In this document: positions 46,819-56,475 of the stretch, one piece after another | Numbering within the stretch: position 1 is the first letter of the stretch | How the letters are laid out: each line of letters begins with the position of its first letter | Virus record (IMG/VR): IMGVR_UViG_3300017963_007659 | Span: 122,315-186,314 of that record | Length of the DNA stretch: 64,000 bases | Strand: one strand, 5' to 3' | Origin: a virus | The notes under the pieces: model-generated | What the model was told of the DNA's origin: nothing | What the model saw: the letters and a program-made list of their open reading frames with translations, nothing else | Database searches by the model: none | Translations under genes and position numbers: made by a program

Positions 46819-47004
46819 CCTCTGACCTCGCTCTCTTCCTTCTTCTTTCCACACATTCTCTCGTCAAAACCACCAATAGGGATACGTCTGTCTGATTCTT
46901 GTAGACAGAGGGTCTTCCTCTTTTGGGGTTATTTTGTAACAACCTCCTACTTTTCACTTTTAAAACTAAGGGTTGAAAAGAGTAGGTTATATGCAAAGTG
47001 GAAG

Positions 47005-47511
47005 GTGAAAATGAGTGCTGTAGAGAAAAGCCTTCATATTCGTCTTTTTGAGGCGAATGACTATCCAGTGCGGTTAGCCGCTTTGGAAGACGCCGCCGTC
47101 AGTCTTATGGAAGCCGGTTTTACGGATCAAGCACGCAGCGTTATGGAAGTGTACGCTGACTTCATGGACTATGTGCTGGACAATGGTCTCGACATTCTGT
47201 TGGCAGAGGGAATTGATAACCTTAAAGAAGCTGTCAGCGACCGAATGCAGACCAAACTTCGCTTCAAGAAATTGAAGATGAAGCACAAGACAACCAAGAA
47301 GAAGTGGCTGTGTTGTAAGAAGCCGCGACTGAAGAAGCAGCGTGCATCTGGCAAACGGGTTTGGATGTCCACCTGTCGCTATCGAGACTTGAGAAGTAGG
47401 CGCATCAGAGTCATGAACATGATGCTTGGCAAGGATACTTCAAAAAAGCCGAAGTTCGTCACAGTGCAAGGGAAAAAGATGCGCTGGTGTACCGGACAGA
47501 ACGCGAAGTAA
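47005..47511 (+). CDS. Hypothetical protein with very basic Cys-containing C-terminus
   Basis: Acidic N-half, K/R-rich C-half; GGTTATAT upstream. Confidence 0.65.
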   Translation: MKMSAVEKSLHIRLFEANDYPVRLAALEDAAVSLMEAGFTDQARSVMEVYADFMDYVLDNGLDILLAEGIDNLKEAVSDRMQTKLRFKKLKMKHKTTKKKWLCCKKPRLKKQRASGKRVWMSTCRYRDLRSRRIRVMNMMLGKDTSKKPKFVTVQGKKMRWCTGQNAK

Positions 47512-47566
47512 CTGCGAAGCTGACTCTGTGCAGTTTCCATAAAGGACAACGGAAAAGGTAACCAAA

Positions 47567-48652
47567 ATGACTATGATGATTGCAGGAACGGACGTTCCGG
47601 CTGTTGAGGGCCTTGCTCGCCCCGATGGCAACAAGATCTTCGCGAACATGGGCGACCACTTCGAGATCAACGCCAATGACAAGAAGGGTCTCATGCAGCA
47701 GATCGGCTATCTGCTCAACAACTACGGCAACGGCAAGCTCGCTGAGTCGCGTGTTTCCGGTCGTGAGAAGGCAGCTCAGGTTGCAGAGCGCAATCAGGCT
47801 CTCGCTGAGGCGTACCAGGATCGCACTGGTAACGACTTCGAGCTTATCGGTGAGGTCGTAACTGACCAGATCATCGAGACCTCGGAACGTCAGGGTTTCG
47901 CTCGCACCATTCTCGGCGTTCGACCGCTGGGTAAGGGCGAAGACGCCAAGATCCCCGTGCGCAAGCGCGACGTGGTTGCGTTCATGGCTACCGTGGACAG
48001 CAAAATCACCACGCAGGAAATCCGACAGGCGTATCTCTACCCACCGCTCTTCTCCGTTGACGCATACATCGTCATCGAAGAAGGTGACATCCAGGGTGCA
48101 CCGTTCGATCTCCTCGACGCGAAGTACCAGGACGGACTCATCGCGATGATGGTTCGTGAAGACCGCATCCTCCGCGACCTCATGCTCGCAGCGGCTCCGC
48201 TCTTCAACGACCGCGTTTTCTTCGGCAACTTCAACCCGGCGTCACTGGCTCAGATGCAGACTCAGGTCTCGTCCTGGGGTGCCCCGGCTGCGAACCTGTT
48301 GATTGCCTATGATCTCTGGCAGGACATCATCAGCAACAACGACTTCGTGAACTGGTTCGATCCAGTCCACCAGCACGAGCTGATCCTCGAAGGTCGCCTC
48401 GGTACGCTCCTCGGTATGCAGGTCCTCACGGACGGCTTCCGTTACGAGCAGCTCCGAGTTCTGGAGCAGGGCGAAGCTTTCGTGACCGCGCCTCCTGGAA
48501 ACCTCGGCGTGATCCTTGAGCAGACTCCTCCGGAAGCCAAGGCTATCGACCTCGCGGTCGTCGGTCAGGCAGCCCGTGGTTGGTTCATCCACTCGGGTGA
48601 AGGCATGATCATCGGCAACGCCCGAGCAGTGTGCTTCGGACAGCGCGTCTAA
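47567..48652 (+). CDS. Major capsid protein (HK97-type)
   Basis: 361 aa with strongly biased codons; ERQGFARTIL, MMVREDR, GRLGTLLGMQVLTD; position in the head module. Confidence 0.85.
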   Translation: MTMMIAGTDVPAVEGLARPDGNKIFANMGDHFEINANDKKGLMQQIGYLLNNYGNGKLAESRVSGREKAAQVAERNQALAEAYQDRTGNDFELIGEVVTDQIIETSERQGFARTILGVRPLGKGEDAKIPVRKRDVVAFMATVDSKITTQEIRQAYLYPPLFSVDAYIVIEEGDIQGAPFDLLDAKYQDGLIAMMVREDRILRDLMLAAAPLFNDRVFFGNFNPASLAQMQTQVSSWGAPAANLLIAYDLWQDIISNNDFVNWFDPVHQHELILEGRLGTLLGMQVLTDGFRYEQLRVLEQGEAFVTAPPGNLGVILEQTPPEAKAIDLAVVGQAARGWFIHSGEGMIIGNARAVCFGQRV

Positions 48653-48707
48653 TCCCTTTCTGTCCTCCTCGTCTTTCTTCTCCAATACTCTACTACATAT
48701 TTGTTTT

Positions 48708-48731
48708 CGCTCTCTCTTTCGAGGGAGAGCG
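48708..48731 (+). terminator. 10-bp stem with UUCG tetraloop after the major capsid gene (terminator or stabiliser)
   Basis: CGCTCTCTCT-TTCG-AGGGAGAGCG; the 3' U-tract is weak. Confidence 0.5.
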
Positions 48732-48817
48732 GTGTCTTCTACCTACACCAGAGGTGGTAGCTAAAGTTGCTGCTACCAATGGTGTGAGGTTATCTGTATG
48801 TGTATCCGTAGCGTTAA

Positions 48818-49285
48818 ATGGAGCAAGTCATGCCTGAAGATACAAAACTGAAAACCTGTTCAAACTGTGCTGTTTGGGGTACTGAGTACCGTCTCGCCAA
48901 TCGCACCACAAGCTGTGCGGGTCTTGGGTTCGATTCCAATGATACCTGTGACAAATGGACCGCTCCCTTCCAGGCTCTTGTCCGTGTACGGGAACCTTCT
49001 CTAGCTCAGATCCTACAAGAAAAGGATCTCCGTGATCCCTGGAAAGAGCTTCGGACAAAGCTCGCTTCAACGACGGCTTACTACAACAAAGAAGACGGCT
49101 ACTACTATTACTTCTTCGAGGGACAGAACTCACTACAAGAAGCTGAAAAGTTCGCTGCTACACTCTCAGCGGACCACTACGTCCAGAAGAGTCAGGGTAG
49201 GATCATGCCACTTCGCTTCGAGAACATGGAGGAAGAGGACAAAGGTCGCTTCCAGCAACTCGCCAAGGTAGCCAAAGCAGAGTAA
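48818..49285 (+). CDS. Hypothetical protein
   Basis: CSNC...C...C motif; GGTTATCT upstream. Confidence 0.7.
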   Translation: MEQVMPEDTKLKTCSNCAVWGTEYRLANRTTSCAGLGFDSNDTCDKWTAPFQALVRVREPSLAQILQEKDLRDPWKELRTKLASTTAYYNKEDGYYYYFFEGQNSLQEAEKFAATLSADHYVQKSQGRIMPLRFENMEEEDKGRFQQLAKVAKAE

Positions 49286-49288
49286 CAC

Positions 49289-49675
49289 ATGACCACCTAC
49301 GAATTAGGCGTGTCTGCGACCTATCATGAGACGGGGGATATCGTGCTCGTCACGACCTATATCCTCGACCCTACGATGGGACCAGAAGGCACGTATAGGC
49401 CACAATTGGTCAAAGCAGGAACGTGTACTCTCCTCTCTGGGGACACTCCCATAGACTGCCCTGTTGAGTTCGATTGGAGAAGCGGAACGAGTGAAGGCAG
49501 CTTCCAGATTTTCTTCATCCATCCGTCCAGCCTTCACCACCTGATGGTTCGTTTGTCGCTGCTCGTTATCGACGGTACAAACGAAGACACATACGAGACA
49601 GAAACACACGTCATACGTGTTGAAGCTGAGGACTTGGGTCTCGCAGCCCAGCCTATGGAAAATGAGGTATACTGA
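49289..49675 (+). CDS. Hypothetical protein
   Basis: Beta-rich 128-aa ORF. Confidence 0.65.
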   Translation: MTTYELGVSATYHETGDIVLVTTYILDPTMGPEGTYRPQLVKAGTCTLLSGDTPIDCPVEFDWRSGTSEGSFQIFFIHPSSLHHLMVRLSLLVIDGTNEDTYETETHVIRVEAEDLGLAAQPMENEVY

Positions 49676-50829
49676 TGGTTCTCCATAGTAAGGAAGCTTC
49701 TGATATCGATGTACAGAGTCTCACTGAGGTTCTGGCGCGTAAGGGGTTTCAACCAACAGAAATTCGTGCACATCTGGAGAGCTTCAAGCTTCCAGTTCCT
49801 GATTTGACCAAGGTTGCTGCTTTCCAGATGACTGCTCAAGCTGCTGAAAAAGAGATTGAGCCTGCTATCAGGGAAGCTGCCCAGCGTCTTGGTAAGAATC
49901 CTTCTGTAGACGAAGAGTCGTGGCTGCTCATGGAAGCAGCTCGTTCTATTGGGGATGAGCTGATTTCTGACACGATTCTTGAAGCGGGTACCTCTCCAGC
50001 CCCAGACACTCCTCCCAAGGGTATCAATCCGAAGGCGATGGGGGTTTGGAAGAAGCTCTTCAAGGAACACGGTAAGGAGATTACAGACGCAAAACCAGCG
50101 AAACAATGGGGAGTTGCTGTAGCCATCTTCAAGAATCTGGCGAAAGCTGACGGCTACGAGCCCTTCGTCGAGAAAGCCGCGTGGACTCTCGATTCGATGT
50201 CTCTGGAAGAGAAAGCCCAGACCATCAGTACTCTGACGGCTCTCGCTGAGAACCTGGAGATGTTGGGGCTGGAGGACCTGGCGTCTGATGTCGACGCTGT
50301 GACTGCTTCCTTTGAGGAGAACATGACTTCAGAGGAGAGGCGTCTTGCGATGGCGACTGAGAACGTGCGCATCTCTTCTATGCTGCGGGATGTACAGGTC
50401 ATGCCCTTCGAGAACTTCGCCATGATCGTCGCTCAGAGTCTGGACTCTATCAAAAGCCGAGACTTCACCCGACTCTTCAAGAAAGCCTCCAAACTTCTTC
50501 GAGAGGGAGGGAACGGCTATCTTCATGGCGTCAAGCAGGTCTACAGCCTCTTCGCTGACGTCTTCACAGAGGACAAAAAACTCTTCTCTCAGGCCCCTCC
50601 AGAGGCTCTTGAAGCGGAGTTGTTCCCTGTATCCTTGGGCTACGTCCATGACGCCATCATGGCGATGGTGGACAGCGTAGGGGGAGATGACTTCTACGAG
50701 CCAGAAGAGAACATCCCTCCAATCAATCGAAGGAAGCTCAAGAACTATCTGCAAAGCCCCTACGTGGAAGGTGAGATACACAAGGTGTTGTCTCGTAGTC
50801 CCTTGTGGCGACAGCAGTTTGGACTGTAG
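49675..50829 (+). CDS. Hypothetical protein, likely virion-associated
   Basis: 384 aa; LAENLEMLGLEDLA motif. Confidence 0.7.
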   Translation: MVLHSKEASDIDVQSLTEVLARKGFQPTEIRAHLESFKLPVPDLTKVAAFQMTAQAAEKEIEPAIREAAQRLGKNPSVDEESWLLMEAARSIGDELISDTILEAGTSPAPDTPPKGINPKAMGVWKKLFKEHGKEITDAKPAKQWGVAVAIFKNLAKADGYEPFVEKAAWTLDSMSLEEKAQTISTLTALAENLEMLGLEDLASDVDAVTASFEENMTSEERRLAMATENVRISSMLRDVQVMPFENFAMIVAQSLDSIKSRDFTRLFKKASKLLREGGNGYLHGVKQVYSLFADVFTEDKKLFSQAPPEALEAELFPVSLGYVHDAIMAMVDSVGGDDFYEPEENIPPINRRKLKNYLQSPYVEGEIHKVLSRSPLWRQQFGL

Positions 50830-50838
50830 AGGCGTATC

Positions 50839-51201
50839 ATGCTGACTGTTCCCAGGAACGAATCTTACTTGTTCGTCGCTACCCAGATTCTGGATAAGTC
50901 GGCGCTCCCTCCTGTACCGGCTGAGCCTGACTTGCCCCCTTTGGGTCTCATCTATAGAGATGTCAATGGTGCTCCGGTGCCTGCAACAGAGATCGCTGGA
51001 GGATCCGTCACCTTCGTTCAACAAGCCACTTCTACCGGCTTCTACGGCATAGGTCTCCCTATCAGTGCTACGACTCCGCTTGGACGATACTGGATGCGCG
51101 TGACGTTCGATGTTGGTGGAAGCCCCCAAGCTGAACTAATTCAGTTTGAGGTGGTGGAACCGGGGAACTCTCTTCTTGTAGCGCTCGCCGCTATCGGCTA
51201 G
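50839..51201 (+). CDS. Ig-like hypothetical protein
   Basis: TGFYGIGL...LGRYWMRVTF...FEV pattern. Confidence 0.6.
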   Translation: MLTVPRNESYLFVATQILDKSALPPVPAEPDLPPLGLIYRDVNGAPVPATEIAGGSVTFVQQATSTGFYGIGLPISATTPLGRYWMRVTFDVGGSPQAELIQFEVVEPGNSLLVALAAIG

Positions 51202-51203
51202 AC

Positions 51204-51386
51204 CTACTCTTCTCGCAGACGCTCTTCAATAATCTTCTTGTCGGAACGTCGTCTGGCGTGAGAAAGCGCTCGTTTAGCGTGTCTTCTAGCTACATGCCAG
51301 TGGTGGACGTCCTCTTCATGAGCGACGGCTTTGACGCGTCCGCACCGCTCTTCTGCCCACTTCAGCGATTTTCGATGACGTTTCAT
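51204..51386 (-). CDS. Small basic hypothetical protein
   Basis: 60-aa R/K/H-rich ORF. Confidence 0.45.
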   Translation of the reverse strand: MKRHRKSLKWAEERCGRVKAVAHEEDVHHWHVARRHAKRALSHARRRSDKKIIEERLREE

Positions 51387-51465
51387 ACTTCTTGTAGTTA
51401 AGTAGCCTCTGTAATTACGAGGACTAACAGCAATAGAGCCCTTCTCTAGGTTATCTTTTGGCAGT

Positions 51466-51636
51466 ATGAGCTGTTGTGGACAGAAGACGTCTGGAAATAC
51501 TCGCGCTATTCAAGCCCTGATGGACAAAGCCCTGGAGCTTGAGGAAGCTGGGAGAGAAGCTGAATCCACCTTGATTCTTGAGAGTTTGGCCGACTATTTT
51601 GAGACGGTCCAACAGCGCAAGAAAAAGAAGAAGTAG
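51466..51636 (+). CDS. Small hypothetical protein (56 aa), not in ORF track
   Basis: MSCCGQK...ALELEEAGREAESTLIL...KKKKK; GGTTATCTTT lies 7 nt upstream. Confidence 0.65.
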   Translation: MSCCGQKTSGNTRAIQALMDKALELEEAGREAESTLILESLADYFETVQQRKKKKK

Positions 51637-51642
51637 GAACAC

Positions 51643-52071
51643 ATGCTTGTCCCGATTGAGATACTCTTCCCGATTAATATCGTAGCCAACTCGTCACACA
51701 CGTTCACTCTTGAAGACAACGTGTCTGACTTCCCGCTGTTCGATCCGATCCTCATGTACTACAATGTGAGTGCTGAGGAAACACACTACAAGATTACCCG
51801 CGCCCTCACTGTTGGGAACAGTTCAAATCCACTGATGTCGGGAACTTACTCCAAGGACCTTGTAGACCTCACAGTAGCAGCGGACATGGTTCTACGGTTT
51901 GAGCCTGAGCATCGCATGTTGACCCAGCGTGGTGTCTACCCAGAAATCGTCCATACTGTGGAAATTACGAACAATTCAACAACGGTTGACATCATAGTCT
52001 ACGCCATCCTCACCGGGCGTATTTGGGAAACTCTTGCTCATTCTCCAGAGCGGCTTCCGGTCATTCGTTAG
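51643..52071 (+). CDS. Hypothetical protein
   Basis: AGGA RBS; beta-rich. Confidence 0.7.
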   Translation: MLVPIEILFPINIVANSSHTFTLEDNVSDFPLFDPILMYYNVSAEETHYKITRALTVGNSSNPLMSGTYSKDLVDLTVAADMVLRFEPEHRMLTQRGVYPEIVHTVEITNNSTTVDIIVYAILTGRIWETLAHSPERLPVIR

Positions 52072-52079
52072 GAGCAGCC

Positions 52080-53351
52080 ATGTCTATCGATGAAACCAAG
52101 ACCAAAGAGATCAAAGAACTTTCTTCCCTCGTATCTGCTTCTGGACATCCAGATCAAGCACAGGTGCTCCTGACTCTTCTCGCCGCCAAGAAGAAAGACG
52201 ACGACAAGAAGAAAGACGAGAAGAAAAAGAAGCCGAACAAGGACCAAGAGGAAGCGGAAGAGAAGCTCGACGAAGAGAAGAAGGAAGAGGAAGAGAAAGA
52301 AGACGATGAGGTTGAGGAGGGTCCGGAAGACTCCGTAACCGGTCTCGACGTCCCTGAAGACGTTGACGTTGACGTTGAGGTCGAAGAGGAAGTTGTAGAA
52401 GAGGAAGAGAAGCCCAAGGGCAAGGGCAAGAAGGACGACAAGAAAGAGAAGAAGCCCAAGGGCAAAGGCAAGAAAGAGAAGCCTGACGAGGAGCTAGAAG
52501 AAGTCCTTGAAGACGAGATTCTTGAAGAGGAAGATCCTCAGAAAGAGAAGAAGCCCAAGAAGAAGGAAGAGAAGAAGGAAGAGAAGGCTCCCAAAGACGA
52601 CAAGAAGAAGGAAGAGAAGCCCAAGGACAAGGGCAAGGACAAGGGCAAGAAGGACGACAAGAAAGAGAAGCCCGACGAGGAGCTGGAAGAGGTTCTTGAG
52701 GAGGAGGTTGTAGAAGAGGAAGCCCCTCCGAAAGAAAAGAAGGACGAGAAGAAGCCCAAGGGCAAGGACGAGAAGAAGCCCAAGGATAAGAAGGCTCCGA
52801 AAAACGACAAGAAGAAGGAAGAGAAGCCCAAGGGTAAGGAAGAGAAGAAGCCCAAAGAGAAGGGCAATCCTGACGAAGAGGCTGAAGTAACGGAAGAGGA
52901 CATCCCCGAGACGGACAAGCCACCGGAGCCTGACGAGAAGGAAAAGAAGCCCAAGGGCAAGGACAAAGAGAAGGAAGAGAAGCCCAAGGAAGAAAAAGAC
53001 GAGAAGGGGAAGCCTGAAAAAGAGAAGGAGGCCCCCGAAGATATGACTCGTCAAGATGAGATCATCGAAGATATCGAAGAGGAAGTCGAGGAGGACGAGA
53101 AGGATAACATCGATCCTGCTGACATCCCCGATGTGACTCCTGACGGTGGTCTTGGAGAGACGCCTAAAGCCGAAGACGCTAAGAGCGACAAGGGCAAAGG
53201 GAAGAAAAACGACAAGGGTAAAGGGAAAGACAAGGGGAAGGGCAAAGCCAAGGACGACGTGCCTGTAGAGACAGTCGACCTCGAAAAGGTGGTCGATACC
53301 GTCATGGACAAGATCCGTCCCTTGATCAAGAAGGTCTTTGAAGAGGCGTGA
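52080..53351 (+). CDS. K/E/D-rich low-complexity repeat protein
   Basis: AGGAG RBS; repeated KPKGK and KPDEELEEVLE blocks. Confidence 0.75.
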   Translation: MSIDETKTKEIKELSSLVSASGHPDQAQVLLTLLAAKKKDDDKKKDEKKKKPNKDQEEAEEKLDEEKKEEEEKEDDEVEEGPEDSVTGLDVPEDVDVDVEVEEEVVEEEEKPKGKGKKDDKKEKKPKGKGKKEKPDEELEEVLEDEILEEEDPQKEKKPKKKEEKKEEKAPKDDKKKEEKPKDKGKDKGKKDDKKEKPDEELEEVLEEEVVEEEAPPKEKKDEKKPKGKDEKKPKDKKAPKNDKKKEEKPKGKEEKKPKEKGNPDEEAEVTEEDIPETDKPPEPDEKEKKPKGKDKEKEEKPKEEKDEKGKPEKEKEAPEDMTRQDEIIEDIEEEVEEDEKDNIDPADIPDVTPDGGLGETPKAEDAKSDKGKGKKNDKGKGKDKGKGKAKDDVPVETVDLEKVVDTVMDKIRPLIKKVFEEA

Positions 53352-53812
53352 TGAACGAAGCTCCTCAATCCTTGAAGTTAGTCTTTGGTGCCCACGCGGC
53401 TGGGAAGTCCACCTTTGTAGCTTCCATACAGCCAGAACGAAACATCGGGAGCCGCAGCTTCGACCCTTCTCCTCCATTCCTCTGGGAACGCTTCTTCAAC
53501 GCTCCTGGACTCTACGAGATTGCGCCGATGCTCCCTGGAGCTGTCCAACTGTTCGACCCCTACAACAGCACAGCTTCCTTGGAGAGTATCAACTTCAAGA
53601 ATCTTGTAGTACCTCCACCTACGTTCACCTTCATCCACGTCGAGCCCCCATTCGAGGAGCATTTAAGACGTTATATGGTTAGAGACGGTAAACGTCTTGG
53701 TCTCTCTCAGAGAGAGGCAACTCAACTACTTGTACGACTTCGCGGGTACTACAGAGGGATAAGCCAAGCGCTCACGAAGCAAGGACGATCCGTCTCAAAG
53801 GTCTGCGTATAG
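53348..53812 (+). CDS. P-loop kinase-like protein
   Basis: GAHAAGKST; HVEPPFEEHLRRYMVRD lid-like segment. Confidence 0.65.
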   Translation: MMNEAPQSLKLVFGAHAAGKSTFVASIQPERNIGSRSFDPSPPFLWERFFNAPGLYEIAPMLPGAVQLFDPYNSTASLESINFKNLVVPPPTFTFIHVEPPFEEHLRRYMVRDGKRLGLSQREATQLLVRLRGYYRGISQALTKQGRSVSKVCV

Positions 53813-53821
53813 GAACAGCGA

Positions 53822-54541
53822 ATGCCGGATACTGTACAAAAGTCCTATGATTACGCTGAGCTGCTCACTGAGATAATCAAGAGCATGCCAAAGAAGCTGA
53901 ATCTCAACCTGCTTCAGAAGCGAACACGGAAGAAGCTCGCTCAGTTGGAGCCGGATGCTTGGCGCGGATATCTGGAGAGCGCTCTGCTGGAAAACCTTTC
54001 TACTTTCTTTTTTGAGACGGATGACGACGGGAACGTGATTCGGGAGGCTGCCGTTATGGCCAAAGAACGAGACGTACACAAGGAGCTTCTTGTAGCGGCT
54101 GCTCATGCTGTCGACACAGGAGACGCAGACACTGCGCGCTTTCTCCTCCAAGCATTGGATGATATGACTGGAGATGAGGAGATAACGGAGCTTCAAGAAG
54201 AGGTTCAGATGTCTCCCTACCATCGTCTTCCTATGATTGAGGACCAGAGTGCCACCATCGGTCCGTGGGCTGGGTTGAGCTGGATTCGTCTCACCGTGGA
54301 CCGAGCGAACCACGACCCGAACTGGGTCAAGTACTGCAAACTCCACCGTGCTCCGCATGTTGGTCCTCTGACGTGGGACTTCCCCATCTTGCCGCATGAG
54401 GATGCACAAGACGTGCTCCGCACAATCAAGGATGAAACGGGCTATTCCCCTCGTTGGTATGAGCAGCTCGACCTACGCAGGGAGATTGATCACGACCTTC
54501 CTGGACGTCCCTTCCTGGCTGAGACGGAAGACGCTGAGTAG
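53822..54541 (+). CDS. Hypothetical protein
   Basis: 239-aa ORF in a co-directional chain. Confidence 0.7.
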   Translation: MPDTVQKSYDYAELLTEIIKSMPKKLNLNLLQKRTRKKLAQLEPDAWRGYLESALLENLSTFFFETDDDGNVIREAAVMAKERDVHKELLVAAAHAVDTGDADTARFLLQALDDMTGDEEITELQEEVQMSPYHRLPMIEDQSATIGPWAGLSWIRLTVDRANHDPNWVKYCKLHRAPHVGPLTWDFPILPHEDAQDVLRTIKDETGYSPRWYEQLDLRREIDHDLPGRPFLAETEDAE

Positions 54542-54543
54542 CC

Positions 54544-56475
54544 ATGTCGCTGAAGACAGCCATCATTCGACCGTGCGACAAGAAGGATATCGACCCTGAT
54601 CGTCCTCTTTCCGAGCAGAAGGTCTGCCTCTACTCTAAGAAGACGCCTGGAAAGCTCCTGGGTCGACATCCGAATGAAGAGAGCGCACGGAAGCAAGAGG
54701 CTGTCATCCAGATTCATAAGCACGCCACAGAGTGTGAATGCGAGGAAGAGCGCACAGCGAATCTAAAGGCTCTCCAGACCTACCTTCTCTACGAAGTCGC
54801 GAAGCATATCATAAACTACGCGAAAGGCAAGCGTCTTCAGAAGCCTGCCGAGAAGGTATGGAACGATCTCTTCAGCAAGACCTTCAAGGTGACAACCCGT
54901 GGTCCCTTGAAGCGAGGGCAAGAAGGTGGGCAATACAAGGTCTCTGGGTCGCTCATCTTCACCAGAGGAGACACCAATCGTCCTATAGAGCTTCTAATCG
55001 TGGCAGCCTACTGGAAGTTCAAGATGACGGTGCTGTTCCAGCTCAAGGAGAAGAATGGCCGAAAACCCATCTTCTCTGTAGTGGACAAGGACGTCTCGAA
55101 GGTAGTGAAGAGCGCTAAGGAGTTCATAGCGCAGAACCTCGTCTTCCCTCCGATCAAGGCGGGAGATAGAGTATCCATCGATATTTTTCCACACAAGGGG
55201 CGTGTGGGGGTAGTTCAAAGTTATCAACCATTTGCACGGCGAGTGCTCGTTCGATTGGATCCTGTCATGCAGGACGACCAACCCGTGGACGTGTGGTTTG
55301 ACAGGGATCAGGTGACTCTCATGACAACGAATATGATCACGCGACAGTTCCAAGCCGCGATTGCTGCCTTGGAACCACTCCATCCGGACCTCGCTCAGAA
55401 GCTCGCCAAAGCAAAAGAGCAGTACAAAGCGAAGACAGCTCTGGAGAAGATGATCGGGGAGATGGTCCAGGGGCAATCCGGAATCTGGCTGGACAAGAAG
55501 CAGATGGCTCTCCTGGTCCTCGAACTGCACAAGCAGGGGATCACGGAGCCAAAAGACGGTACGCATGACGAGATTGCGCAAGCCGTCGGGAAGCTCCTGG
55601 ACAAGCTCATCCCTGACGCTGGGGACAAGAAAGAGAAGAAGAAAGACAAGAAGGGGTCACTCCATCCTCTGACTCTTGAAGTCTTCAAGCATCTCCAGCG
55701 GGACCACGGCTTCATCGACGCGCACAAGAACGATGTCACGGAACCGCAAGACACGTGGTTCAAGCTGGATTACGTCGATGACATCTCCGTGAAGAAGGGG
55801 CACCTGGTTCTTGGGACTACTGACGTCCTCGTACCGAACTACGTCGAGGGCGAGTTTGATACCCAGGATGTGGATATCATACAGGTTCACCCCATTCTTG
55901 AAGGGAAGAAGGCTAGGTGTCAATCCTTCGATGTTCTGACCATCCCCGCTTTCGGGGATGTCCCTCCGCGCATGTACGTGGACTTCGGGTCGAAGAGCTA
56001 TCTGCTCAAAGCCGAGACCGCACCTGGCTTGGCAGCTCAAATCTACGTAGCGTCACTGGACCGGAACTTCCTGAGTGAGCGATTGGCTGTCAAGATTGAG
56101 GTTGAGGTAGAGATTGACCTCGGAGACCTCCTCGGAACCGACATCTCTTTGGATGAGCTGGAGGAAGAGGATGAGAGTGATAGCACGGAATCTCAGGAGT
56201 CTTCTGATTCTGAAGTTAGCGGTCCTGGAGAACTCATTACAGAAGAGCAACTCAGGCAGTTTGCGCCTCCTGCTGACATGCCCGATCCGGAACCTCCGGT
56301 CATTGTTGAGCCCGCTTCGGAACCGATGGTGCTGGACCCCGAAGCCCTGAAAGTAGCTCCGGTAGAAGAGACTGTGGTTGAGGAAGAGATTCCAGCGATG
56401 GAAGAGCCAGACCCGATTCCGGTTACAGATATTCCGGACCCGCGCTTCCCTCCTGTCCCGTTCCGTTGGGATTAG
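54544..56475 (+). CDS. Multidomain hypothetical protein, likely virion-associated
   Basis: 643 aa; N-terminal CLYSKK..GKLLGRHP motif, KOW-like segment, acidic Pro-rich tail. Confidence 0.7.
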   Translation: MSLKTAIIRPCDKKDIDPDRPLSEQKVCLYSKKTPGKLLGRHPNEESARKQEAVIQIHKHATECECEEERTANLKALQTYLLYEVAKHIINYAKGKRLQKPAEKVWNDLFSKTFKVTTRGPLKRGQEGGQYKVSGSLIFTRGDTNRPIELLIVAAYWKFKMTVLFQLKEKNGRKPIFSVVDKDVSKVVKSAKEFIAQNLVFPPIKAGDRVSIDIFPHKGRVGVVQSYQPFARRVLVRLDPVMQDDQPVDVWFDRDQVTLMTTNMITRQFQAAIAALEPLHPDLAQKLAKAKEQYKAKTALEKMIGEMVQGQSGIWLDKKQMALLVLELHKQGITEPKDGTHDEIAQAVGKLLDKLIPDAGDKKEKKKDKKGSLHPLTLEVFKHLQRDHGFIDAHKNDVTEPQDTWFKLDYVDDISVKKGHLVLGTTDVLVPNYVEGEFDTQDVDIIQVHPILEGKKARCQSFDVLTIPAFGDVPPRMYVDFGSKSYLLKAETAPGLAAQIYVASLDRNFLSERLAVKIEVEVEIDLGDLLGTDISLDELEEEDESDSTESQESSDSEVSGPGELITEEQLRQFAPPADMPDPEPPVIVEPASEPMVLDPEALKVAPVEETVVEEEIPAMEEPDPIPVTDIPDPRFPPVPFRWD

